NCBI GenBank assembly: GCA_964016885.1
Contig: OZ024744.1
Coordinates: forward strand, 37,014,001-37,078,000
Direction of reading: 5' to 3'
Length of the DNA: 64,000 nt
From: Eledone cirrhosa
Lineage: Eukaryota
Of this stretch, positions 13,654 through 26,780 are shown one piece after another. Under the pieces are notes generated by a model. The model made no database searches, was not told where the DNA came from, and worked only from the letters and a program-made list of their open reading frames with translations. Within the stretch, counting starts at the first letter, position 1; every line of letters begins with the position of its first letter. The translations under genes were made by a program, and so were the position numbers.

Positions 13654-14309
13654 ATAAAAGTATGTGTCAATAAAGGAAGGGGAAAGGGCGAATATAGATT
13701 GATATAATGATATCACTGCCGGTATTAGAAATATATGTATATGGCCCGCACTCATTCACACGTACACATATACACAACATACACATCGCATAAATAAACA
13801 AACACATACGCCTACACTTAACCCACTGCATATATTTATGAAGGAATACGCAAACACACTTACACATACATTTCGAAGTTTATATATTTGTTATTTTTAT
13901 TGGGTGATCTATCTATATACATGAATGCAATATAATTCAGAAAATATTTCTGTAACTTTCAGTAAATCTATTTACTTCTTCTGTACTTAATGGAAAGCGC
14001 CTTCGTATCGTGTTGATATATCGAACAAAACTCTGATGATATAAATAGGAACTGTATCGGTCGCACAGCCTATGCATTTAAAATCTGACATATGTAATAT
14101 ATGTAACCGTATTTGATGGGTTCATTTACCCATTCGCTCCCTCGTAGATTTCCGAAATGCTGAAGTGGACGTACCAGCTTGCATATATTTAGCGCTCGTG
14201 TTGGTACCTAATCAAGACAGATATATCGAGAGGTGAGCTGAGCAGATAAAATGTACCTTAAAGTTATATCTTTATATATACAGAATGGATGCATTATATA
14301 TATATACTA

Positions 14310-15170
14310 ATAATAATAAATTTGAAGTCTAAAATCCAAAGAGGGCTCGATAAGGATAAATATATATCAAATATATAAATAAGAACCGTAGAGCAAATAT
14401 TTATTAAAATAACAGATTAAAGTTTAAGCAAAGAATCTCTGCTTTCACGTTTAACGATGCACGCACACACACACGCATATATATATATATATATTTTATA
14501 TATGTTTTATGTGTATTTGGTGTATACGTTCGTATGTGTGCGGGTACAGGCGGTTCGTGGGTTTTGTATGGGTGCGCGTGTTTTTGTGTACGTGCCTGTA
14601 TTTGCATACCCATGGCGGGTGTTTTCGCGTATGCATGTGTATTTACGTATATGGATGCGCGAATATATTTAATTATTGTTGATTTCAATAACCTCTGTAA
14701 TTTATTTACATTATTCTTAACTCTGAAGCCGAGAATCATTCGGTTTCCTAAATAGAATTTTAGTCTACGACTTCGGTTATACCATAAACGTGGTTTTGTC
14801 TTTGCGTGTAAATGTTCTCAGCGATCCACATAATAACCTATTATCTTCGCTTTTTTTTTCGATCATTGCCAGGGAACGTCTCTGCGAAACACCTAATAGA
14901 ATATTAGTCTACGACTTCATTTATACCATAAACGTGGTTTTGTTTTTGCGTGTAAGTGTTCTTACCGCTCCAAATAATGAAGTATTATTTCCGTTCTTTG
15001 CCAGGAACGTCTCCACGAACCAAAGTATCGTCTTCCTGTCTTCCTCCGGTACAACATTTTTCGAAATATTTACTTCTGCGTTCACAGATTGATTTTGTTA
15101 GTTTCAAAAGATCCCGTTAAGGGTAAAAACGGCTATTCTTTGCTTAAACTTTAATCTGTTAATTTAATAA
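14310..15170. repeat. PLE pseudo-LTR family copy with an inverted terminal piece and an internal ~135 bp tandem
   Basis: Homologous to the reverse complement of 33646-34330; the HHR-bearing block also occurs at 15468, 35701, 46129 and 54038. Confidence 0.75.
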
Positions 15171-15362
15171 ATATATATATATATATTTGAAAAGGTGAAA
15201 GGTTCTATACAAAACAGAAATTATAGAGAGAAAGTGGAATTGGTAACAGCACGGAAAATATATTTAAAGGATCTGTTTTACTTTTTCTTCTTCTTTGAAT
15301 CGTCAAAGTGACGTAATGTCAGATCATTTAAACATATTATCCGTGCTATTTCCAATTCCACA

Positions 15363-15443
<81 letters not shown>

Positions 15444-15529
15444 ATTATACATATATATATATGTTTTAGTTTCAGAAGATCCAGTTAAAGGTGAAAGCAG
15501 CGATTCTTTGCTTAAACTTTAATCTGTTA

Positions 15530-15655
<126 letters not shown>

Positions 15656-16222
15656 GGTCCTTCATCAGTGATCTTCCAACCATCATCGGTATTTCTTCGC
15701 TTTAAAGACCATATACCTCCGGTTGGTGCGAGCAACGGCTAAAGAAAGTCGTTGGGACATGTAAATAAAGGGAACAGCGAGAGTGTAAACAAGCATAGAG
15801 GGTGAAGCAACGAAAAGTGAGGAAGAACGAGTCAAGTCCCAAATTTCCATGAATATAAGTTCGGTGAAATCGTGAATGAGAGAGAATAAAGACCACCAAA
15901 CCTGGTTGAAATGTGAGCAAGGAAGGAATTTCGCACAGGTCTAACGGTAGGAAGAAGGGGTCTAGTCCGTGAATTCGGTAAACATAAGTTCTGTGAAATC
16001 GTAGACGAGAGAGAGAAAAAATGCCGACCGGCCTGGCCAAGCGTGCGAAAGAAAAGAATTACGCAGGGGTCAAACGGGAAGAAGGAGGAGGAGGAGAGGT
16101 AGTAACAGAGAGTGAGTGAGTGAAGGGTGAGGAAGAGGTTAACAGAGAGAGTGACTGTTAGAGAGGGTAAAGATACAGAGAAAGAGGAAGCAGTAAGAAC
16201 GAAATAGACGGGTCACAGCGGG

Positions 16223-16317
<95 letters not shown>

Positions 16318-16320
<3 letters not shown>

Positions 16321-16730
16321 GAAAATAGGGTGAAAAAGACGATTATTAGGAAGAAAAATATTTGTTTTTTCCTTTTTTATTTCTTTCTCTCTTTTTTTCT
16401 GGTCTAGAAAATGATTAAAACGAAATATTTTACTTTGTGTGAAGGGTTAAGGTATTAGTTGATTTATTTATTAATTAACAATGGCATTTATTTATTTATT
16501 TATATATTTAATAATTGTCTACAATAGACAATTGTTAAATATATAAATAAATAAATAAATGCCATTGTTAATTAATAAATAAATCAACTAATACCTTAAC
16601 CCTTCACACAAAGTAAAATATTTCGTTTTAATCATTTTCTAGACCAGAAAAAAAGAGAGAAAGAAATAAAAAAGGAAAAAACAAATATTTTTCTTTCTAA
16701 TAATCGTTTTTTTCTGCCTGTTTTCATATA
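16318..16730. repeat. Near-perfect ~410 bp palindrome (fold-back)
   Basis: Arms of ~205 bp around ttgtcta-CAA-tagacaa (16522-16524); flanked by (TA)n. Confidence 0.92.
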
Positions 16731-16767
16731 TATATATATATCCTAACTCGTGTGCTTCCTCTCCACA

Positions 16768-16847
<80 letters not shown>

Positions 16848-17419
16848 GGGGCGGCGTGCAGAGAGAGAGGGAGTGATAGGTATAGTTATAAATATGTGTG
16901 TATGTAGGTGTGTCTGTCCGCCAGTCTCTGTATGTATGTTTGTATGTATGGATGGATGGATATCTGGAAGCGCGAAGACATAGAAATGCCTAGTTTGGTG
17001 CCCTAGCGCACAGTTAGCCCACTGGGAATGAAATAAACTTAGTTCATGTCATGACATAATTATAGGGATAGGCAAATTCTGACGTGAAACCTGTGCCTCG
17101 ATGGCAGTCAATGATGTTGACCTGTTCTTCTCTTTCTATACCTATAACCTTTGTTCAGAGAATGGGATTGGTCCAGTCCAAGGCCTTTCTTTGCTTAAAA
17201 AAAAAGATTCAAGCCAAGGCATCACTTGATCTAAATGACTTCCACCTGTGTTGCGTGAACATGGCCTTGTCTTTTTTCTTACACTGCGGCATGTGCAAAA
17301 AGGAATCTATATCCTTGCCAGGGTTAAAATGTCATGTTCGAGACACCAGAGTGAAGGATGGCAATTCTTGAAACTGAGATGCAGCCATTATGTATATATG
17401 TATGTTTCTCTTTCTCTTG

Positions 17420-18960
17420 ATTTCGAGTATATTTTTGTTTGGGATCATACATTGAAAACGTGCTCTGTTGTAGAGATCAGCTGCTCACTTGATGTCAACG
17501 TTGTAAGAGGAAATACAAGAGAAGAGGAATATCTACTGAGCATTGATGTGGAGTTTGCAGATAAACTCCAAGATGAGAAAACACGAGGAAGAGACATGAT
17601 TGTCGGCTACTGGTACAAAAACTGATATTCTATCGGAGGTATCTTACTGACCTCTACCAACAAGTTCTTAAGGGAGATACACTTATACCAGAATGGTTGA
17701 CATTAGCATAAACATAACTGGTCCCCAAGAAGAAAGACACCTACTTGGCAAATAACTACCGAACCATTGCATGCCAGAACCTGATGTATAAGATGTATAC
17801 AGCCTGCCTGAACCTATTCCTCCAAGATCACTGAAAATAATAACATCATCATAGATGAACAAGCAACTGGAAAGAAAGGGGTTTGGGATGTGCTGAACAA
17901 CTCCTAATCAACAAAACCGCGATGTCGGAGGTGCCACAACTTAGGAGGAATAGGACTACCGTCTGGCTGGACTACAGGACAGCTTTCGATTCTGTTCCCC
18001 TCTCTTGGATGATAGAGGCCCTCCAACTTGCTAAAGTCCCAGACATTATTGTCAGAGCCAGAGAGAGGCTGTCTTCTTCTTGGGCTACTATCCTAAGGTT
18101 AAAGACAGAGAGGGAGGGCTCTATTTTCAATGATACAATAAAATATTGCAGGGGTATATTTCAGGGGGACAGTCACTCTGTGATATTATTCATCTTGTCA
18201 TTAAACCCCTTGTCCTTTCTGCTCAAGAAATGGGAGGGGTACATCATTGGCTCACAGGAGGACAGGAATACGAACCTAACCCATAACTTCTTTGTGGACG
18301 ATCTGAAACTCTATGCCAATAACATCAACGGGATGAAGAACAATCTTAACCTAGTTAAAACGTTCTCAAAGGATATAGGAATGGAGTTTGGCCAAGATAA
18401 ATAATCATACATGACTGTAAAGCGGGGAAAAACAACAACCCAATCTAGCAACATTGTCATCAATGGCCTAACTCTTTCCCCGATATCTGATGAGGACTGC
18501 TACATATACCTGAGAAATCTGCAGATACTCTACCCTGATTACACCTTCAGATTTATGCCTGTGATTATTGGGGCACTGGGGTATGTTAGTAACTGCCCCA
18601 ATACAAATCTTGAGAAGCTAGGCTTCACAGGAACAGAAAGAACACAACTAGTTAGAAAATTACAGGTACAATCCATTAATGGAACAGTAAAAATATGTAG
18701 AACATTCCAAAAATTGTGTATCTAATAACTGCATATACGCATGTGCAGATGCAAAGCATATACACATGCACACATACAACTCCAAATATACACATCCACA
18801 TATACAATAATATCCATATCTACACATGCGCACACACACACATACATATCTACCTAGTTGATGTTGTGTAAATTCCAATGAGAGAGTCTTGTGTCTATGA
18901 TAAAAACCGACTCTCTCTCTATTGGTAAAACTTTCTGAAATTATAAAAGCAGAATAACAT
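17420..18960 (+). mobile_element. Degenerate and rearranged R4-like RLE LINE fragments
   Basis: WLDYRTAFDSVP, GIFQGDS, FFVDDLKLY, PVIIGALG; stops and deletions; 3' piece duplicated at 23745-24135. Confidence 0.85.
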
Positions 18961-19164
18961 ACATACATAACATACATACATATCTACCTAGTTGATGTGG
19001 TTTAAATTCCAATGAGACAGTCTTGTGTCTTTATTAAAAACCAACTCTCTTTGTATTGGTAAAAATGTATAAAATTCGAAATCCAAAACACATACATACA
19101 CACATACACACATACACACATACACATATACACACAAAAATACATACACATATACATACATACA

Positions 19165-19820
19165 TCAGTCGATATTAAATGTAGGCTATGTAAAACAAAA
19201 ATCGAAGATGTTAGCCACATTGTTGCCAACTGCAAAAGAATATCGTCTCGTTACTACCTCCTTATGAGACACGATGCGATAGCTAGAACCATCTGGAACG
19301 CACTTCGGAAAACAAAATTAAAAACAAACGAGGAAGAATATATTGAGATAGATGGCACTAAAGAATACTGGTGGAACCTGAAAATGAAAACTGCCACCGA
19401 ATTAAAGAACAACCGGCCTGATATTGTTGTTGGGACCACACATTGAAAACGTGTTCTGTTGTGGAGATCAGCTGCCCACTTGTGTAAACGTTGTCAGAAA
19501 AATACAGGAGAAGGAGAACATTTGCGGACCATGGATGAGGAGTTTACAAATCCAGTATCAAAGATACACTTCCATCATTATTGGAGCTATAGGTTATATA
19601 ACAACCCACTTGGACTAAAGTATAACTGAACTTGGATCTGTGGACAGAGAACGCAGCTCCTTAATTCATAAACTACACATGGATGCGATAGGTGGCACCT
19701 TCAAAATTTGCAAATCATTCTTGCGATTTAAGGGATGACAATTTCTTTTCTTTTACAACCTTGCCACCAGGAAGGTGGCCGGTCCAAAATGTACTCGAAA
19801 TTAAGAGAAAGAGAAACATA
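19165..19820 (+). mobile_element. R4-like LINE 3' fragment (CCHC finger and RLE)
   Basis: CRLC..HIVANC, RHD, NRPDIV; close paralogue of 23080-23735. Confidence 0.85.
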
Positions 19821-20594
19821 CATAACTCTATCCAATTATACTTATTTCCATGCATAAACAATACTTACATACATAATCCATGCGTTATACTTGTATACAT
19901 ATATATGTAATTATACACAAACACACGTACACACATACATATATATGCATGCATGCATCCAACCGTTCATCCATCCATACATACGTACATATGTACATTC
20001 ATACATGATGATGGCTGACCCCTCGTTATCGAGTATGGCCATTGCACGATATACCATTATTCATAATTATTAATTAATTATATCGTGCAATGCCTGTGCG
20101 TGATGATATTTTTTAAAGTGAGGAAAGTCTGTGCACTGAGCCAATCCCACTCTCTGAGCGACAGTAGCTATAACCCGAAATGAAGAAAAGATCAACATTA
20201 TCGGTAACTACTGAGCCGCAGGTTTCATATCGGAGTTATCCCAGTTTCCTGAGTTGCCTTCTCCTAGAAGAATGCCCTGACAAAGCTAGGGGTCCTTCAA
20301 TACCAGTGGTTTAACTGCGCGATCGGGTGTCCAGCCCGTCTCTTTCTATGTCCCCGCGCATATACATGCACATAAATACATACATACATACATACATACA
20401 TAAATACATACGTACCTACGTACCTGCATACATACATACATACATACATACATACATACATACATACATACATACCTACCTACCTACCTACCTACCTACC
20501 TACACATACATACATACATACATACATACATACATACATACATACATACATACATACATACATACATACATACGTACATACCTATATACATACA

Positions 20595-23500
20595 TGAAAT
20601 TCATGACTCTACTGTACAAACAGAACACAAAAAGCTTGTGGACACCTTACAAGTGATATGGGACGATATGTTTTAAGAGATACACGGCCTTAATTTGAGT
20701 GACAGACCATACAACACCAGAATCAGTAAAGAACCCACTAAATTGGAATTGGAAGCTGTGAACGAAATAGCTGGCAATTATCTGAAGGCTATACGATCTA
20801 AAGGTGTAGAAACGACATTTGAAACGCTTAATATTTTGTTATATGTTTCAGCTGTCACATTGCTATCATATAACACACATCTAAAACCACGCAATCAAGA
20901 TACAAACAAAAAGCCTGAACCAGCGTGGATGCGGAATTTAAAAAGCAAAATTTTGTCCCTGAGACGAAGTATCTCACACATCGCAGTCGTTATGAAATGC
21001 AACATAGAGAGCAACTTCACACGACACCAGGAAGACCTAAAAAAAAAGTTAGAGAGACGATTTGGAGATACAAAATTTAAAACTTTGAACTCCAAATTAC
21101 ACCAGTTGAAACAACAACTCACAGCTACAACAGAAATACTAAAATATAAGTCAACAGCACATAAACGACAAGACATAGATTGTTTGCCAGAGATCCTAAA
21201 TTAGTTTATCGCAGCTTCTGTGGCAAAAGGTCAATCCATGTAAATGACACCCCTTCAAAAGAACAGGTTGAGAGCTACTGGAGATCTGTATGGGAAACGG
21301 ATGACAGATTCAACAGACAAAATAATTGGCTAAAAGAACTGAAACAGGTCTACTGCCAATATGCCCAGACAAAACAATATGACATAGATGGGTGAATACT
21401 GGAAACAGCTCTACAGAAGATGTCGAATAGGAAATCACCAGGCCCAGACCTCATTACAGGATACTGGTTGAAGAATTTCACTTTCTATCGGCAAGATCTC
21501 ATACGGCTGTTTACAGAAACCATTAAAGGCACACAAGAACTGCCCAGATGGTTATCAACTGCCACTACTCTCCTCATTCCCCAAAATAGCCAAACCACCT
21601 TTGCTAAAAATTACCGGCCAATAGCCTGCCAAAACATCATGTATAAATTATATACTAGGTGCCTTAACCTGTTCTTACAGGATCACTGTGCTACCAACAA
21701 CATCATAACACCTGAGCAAGCTGGTGGAAAGAGGGAGGTGTGGGGTTGCATAGATCACCTACTAACTAATAAAATGATTCAGGAAAAAACAACAAAGAAT
21801 TTCAGAAACATGACTGTGGTGTGGCTGGACTATCAAAAAGCATTTGATAGTGTACCTCATGGGTGGATTATTAAGGCTTTACAGTTAGCTAAAGTCCCAC
21901 AACCATTGGTAGCTGCTGTTGAACGCCTGACCAAGAACTGGTACACCAATTTGATCCTTAGAGGTGAGAAGGAGCAAGTTAAGACTGATAAGATACATTA
22001 CCAGAAGGGCATCTTTCAGAGTGATAGCTTGTCAGTGCTACTCTTCGTTCTCTCACTAAATCCACTATCTTACCTACTCAGGAAACAAGGTGGACAAAGA
22101 AGTGGGTCCAGAAGTATCTCCCATCTTTTCTTTGTTGATGAACTGAAGTTGTATGGACCAAATATCAATGACATCAAGAAACAATTGGACTTCATTACAC
22201 AAATTTCAACAGACATCAAAATGAAATTTGGTGAGTCCAAGTGTGCATATTTGGCAGTAAAACGTGGAAGAGCTGTGCCCTCCTCTATAAATCTAGAAAT
22301 GAACGGCCTGACAATACAACCTCTACAGTCAGGTGACAACTACAGATATCTTGGACAGCATGAGAATGTCAGATATGAAGGACCCATAAATAAGGAGAGA
22401 ACCAGAACTGAATACCTCAGAAGAGTAAAGAAAATATGGTCATCAGAACTGTCAGCGTACAACAAATACATTGCCCACAATACTTATGCCGTGCCAATTC
22501 TAACGCCAACATTTGGCCTGCTGAACTGGTCATTGCAAGAACTAAGTGAGATGGATGTTAGAACTCGCAAACTTCTCAGTGTTACTAGGAACTTTAACAT
22601 CAATGGTGACGTGGATAGGCTATACTTCTTACGCAAGGAAGGTGGCCGGGGTCTAAAATCAATATTAACAACATATGAAACCCGAATAGTAACACTGAAG
22701 CAACACCTTCAACAGAAGAAAAAGGTTGGCAACCATCTTGCCCAAGTTTATGAGCATGAAAAAAAAAACATGATTAGAATAGCGACTGATCTGGAGGAGA
22801 AATATGGAATAAAGCCTGATATAAATCTCTCACCCAGAGAAATCGGAAGATCCTATTCAATGTTCAAACAAGATGAAAAAATTGATCAATTTAGAGAAAA
22901 AGTTGTGCATGGATACTTGAGACGTAAAACACAGACCATAGAGGGGATAAACCATTCAAAAAGCCTGACATGGAGTTCCGACAAGTTTATGACATCACAT
23001 CTTGAGGGATATCTCAATACAGGAACAAGAACTCCCTACCAAATATCTGCTGCACAAAAAGGGGGGGGGGCAGCAGCTGACAATAAATGTAGGCTATGTA
23101 AAACAAAGATCGAGGATGTAAACTACATTGTTGCCAGCTGCAAAGAATATCATCTCGCTATTACCTTCCCATGAGACACGATGGGATAGCTAGAACCATC
23201 TGGAACGCACTTCGGAAAACAAAATTAACAACAAACGAGGAATAATATATTGAGACAGATGGCACTAAGTAATACTGCTGGAACCTGAAAATAAAAACTA
23301 CCACCAAATTAAAGCACAACCGGCCTGATATTGTTGTTTGGGACCACACATTGAAAACGTGTTCTGTTGAGGAAATCAGCTGCCCACTTGATGTAAACGT
23401 TGTCAGAAAAATACAGGAGAAGGAGGACATCTACGGACCATTGATGAGGAGTTTACAAATCCAGTATCCAAGGTACACCTTTAGCTTCATACCCATCATT

Positions 23501-23735
23501 ATTGGAGGCTGCGGGTTATATACCAACCCGCTTGGACCAAAGTATGACTGAACTTGGATTTGCGGACAAAAAGCGCAGCTCCCTAATTCATAGTCTACAA
23601 ATGGCTGCGATAGCTGGCACTTCAAAATTTGCAAAACACTCTTGCGATTCAAGGGATGACCATTTCTTTTCTTTTACAACCTTGCCACCATGAAGGTGGC
23701 CAGTCAAAAAATATACACGAAATTAAGAGAAAGAG
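20595..23735 (+). mobile_element. Near-full-length degenerate R4-like non-LTR retrotransposon (RT, CCHC, RLE)
   Basis: ORF 21420-23174 has KSPGPD, NYRPIAC, LDYQKAFDSVPH, GIFQSDSLS, FFVDELKLY, CRLC; frameshifted RLE follows; (TACA)n flank. Confidence 0.9.
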
Positions 23736-24693
23736 ATAACATTTGAGATTATTGGGGTACTGGGATATGTTAGTAACTGCCTCAATACAAATCTTGAGAA
23801 GCTAGGCTTCACAGGAACAGAAAGAACACAACTAGTTAGGAAATTACAAGTACAATCCATTAATGGAACAGTAAAAATATGTAAGACATTCCAAAAATGT
23901 TGCATCTAATAACTGCATATACACATGTACAGATACAAAGCATATACACATGCACACATACAACTCAAAACTTACACATCCACACTTACAATAACATCCA
24001 TATCTACACATGCATACATACCTACATACATACCTAGTTGATATGTACATTCCAATGAGAGAGTCTTGTGTCTATGTTAGAAACCGACTCTCTCTCTATT
24101 GGTAAAACTTTCTGAAATTATAAAACCAGAAGAACATACATACGTACCTGCGTACCTACATACGTACATACATACATACATAAATACATACGTACCGATG
24201 ACCTACATCCATCCATCCATCCATTCATCCATCCATACATCCATACATCCATCCATCCATACATACATACATACATACATACATACATACATACATACAT
24301 ACCTCCCTCCATACGTACTATAATACGTACGTAGAGAAAATAACGTAACATCCGTCATATATTTTCCCATTAACTCCTGATGTAATATTTTGTTCATCAT
24401 TTAGCAACACTGTCAAATAGCATTATCTCTCGCTCTTTCTCTTTCTCCTCCTTCCTCTTCCTTACTCTTTCGCTTCCTACCCCCTCTTTCTCTCTCTCTC
24501 TCTTTTTCTCTCGCCCTGTCTCTCTCTCCCTCTACCCCTACCCCTCTCGCTCCCCCTCTCTCCCTTGCTCTCTCTATCTCTACTTCACGCTTCAGTTTTT
24601 AACTGTTTTTTTCTACCCGCATCTATCTTTATACACGCTTTCTCACTCATTCTCTATTTCTTTGTCTCCATTTCTCCCCTCCCCCCTTCCCCG

Positions 24694-24773
<80 letters not shown>

Positions 24774-24940
24774 CATATTTATTTTCATTTTTATTATTTT
24801 TTTATATTTATTTTCATTTGTAGCCCTTCCACGCCCCCCTCCCCTTGTTTCTAAATATCTCTCCTCCACTCCCATACACACCCTTGGAACTCTCTTCCCA
24901 CACACTTTTCGCCTGAAGAAGGGCTCATGCCCGGAACGCC

Positions 24941-24971
<31 letters not shown>

Positions 24972-25074
24972 ACTCTCAAGTGCGTGAAATTAATAAACCT
25001 TTGTTCGTACTGCCTCTCTGTTCTGTTCCCGTTCCATTTTTCACTATATATATATGTACATATATATATGTATG

Positions 25075-25185
<111 letters not shown>

Positions 25186-25784
25186 CTATCTTTCTATCTC
25201 CCTCTCTCTGTATATATACCAAATTCCAATCGTTTCTTCGTTATTTTGAACTTTGAACTACATTCTTTTCTTTTCCTCTCGGAATCAATTAATGGTATCC
25301 TGTCAATAGTATTTTTGAAATTTCCAGTAAATTCCTAAATTCTAGAAAATAAATAAACAAACAAATAAACAAATAAATAAACCAATATATCAAACTTTAA
25401 TAAAGGTGTTAATGCCATGACTAACAAAGATCGGTTTCTAGTTTAGGCGCAAGGCCAGCAATATGTAGGGAGTGGAAATTGATCTTATCGACCTAGTGTT
25501 TAACTGATTCTTTAATTTATCGACCAACTAAGGATGACAGGAATAGATGATGAAGGTAGTATTTGAACTGAGAACATGAGGAGTCGGATAAATAAAGTGA
25601 AGCCTGTCTTTTGTTCTTGGTTTCAATGATTTTGAGAAAACCACTGCTCTCTATATACCCGGCGCCCAGCATCGGTCTGTGCTGGGCTAAAGAAAACTAG
25701 TTGTGGAAATCATCCACACAGGTAGGAATTTGTTATTGTTGTCAACGCCAACACTGTAATGAATCATGTATCTATGTATGGCCC

Positions 25785-26110
25785 CGTAACTCCTGATAGA
25801 GTCGTAGGGGCACCATATTGACATACGGTGTTTCTTGGTTATTTTACGCCTGGTGGAGTCCATCCCTCTCCAGGTCTGAGTACAGCAGATTTCTTCCAGA
25901 GAAAGATAGAAAGTGAGAGAGAGGAAATTAGAAAGAGATATAGAGAAAGAGTCGACCCCAGTACTAAACTGCTACTTTTTTTATCGACCTTGAAAGGGTG
26001 AATGGCAAAGTTGACCTTGGTGGGATTTGAACTTAGAGAGAAGAGAGCCGGAACAAATACCATAAAGCATTCTATCAGACGTTCTAACGATTCTGTCAAT
26101 TCATCGCCTG
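25785..26110 (-). mobile_element. tRNA-derived SINE with Nin-like core and a distinct long 3' tail (relative at 29605-29890)
   Basis: B box (gttcaaatcc) and ctttgccattcacccttt..ggtcgataaa core on the minus strand, plus a ~110 bp tail shared with 29610-29720. Confidence 0.7.
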
Positions 26111-26159
26111 CTGTAATGAAGATAATTATGTTAATGCCTTAGTCTTTGCATCTACCTAG

Positions 26160-26337
26160 GCATTTGGCAGTATCGGTAGAAGGTCGGACGCCATGTTTTG
26201 CAGCATAGAATTATGTCCCTTTATGGTCTGAGTTCAAATCTCGCCGAGGTTTTTGCCATTTATCGGGGTCGATAAACTAAAGTACCAGTCATGCATTGGG
26301 ATAATTGCTGGGCTTGTGCCAAAAGTAGAAACAATTA
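26160..26337 (+). mobile_element. tRNA-derived SINE, Nin-like domain
   Basis: A box tggcagtatcgg, B box gagttcaaatc, ggggtcgataaa..gtaccag core, tail cttgtgccaaaagtagaaacaatt; other copies or fragments near 25430, 27230, 27710, 27930, 53270 and 54390. Confidence 0.8.
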
Positions 26338-26339
26338 TC

Positions 26340-26780
26340 GCGTTTCGAGATCACCTCGGATTAGGTGTTAAGAACAGAAGGATTTTCTGACCAGTCGGAA
26401 TTGTCCCTTTCACAAAACCAAAGAGCATGCGCTCTAGTCTATCCAAGTGCTTTGGTAAGGAAAGGGCTCCGCACAACGGTCAGGTGGAAATACACTACCG
26501 TGTTGATGTAAGATTTGGCCACTTGTAGACATTGACAAATCTTTCAGAACAGATTTTTAAGTGAAATTTGTCACTCTGATTGAGATTTCCCAGTTCTTGT
26601 CAACCTGGAAGTCCGTTCCGAAACTGACCACAAACATCGTTACTGGGCTGTCGGTTATTTAATTATTTGCGCGGTTGCAAACTCCATAAGTTGTCCCGGT
26701 TGATACAATCTCTAATAACCTGATATTCTTCCAGTATGGCGCTAACCATTTCTTTATCTGAAGTGTCCGACAACAAAGGG
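26340..26780 (-). mobile_element. Highly degenerate Tx1/L1-like RT C-terminal remnant
   Basis: Minus-strand pieces resemble VAKSYINTVVYFHLTV and LERMLFGF; many stops. Confidence 0.4.

Noticed and set aside
26160-26245. tRNA-like A and B boxes
   Set aside because: No cloverleaf; multicopy SINE head followed by a SINE core and tail
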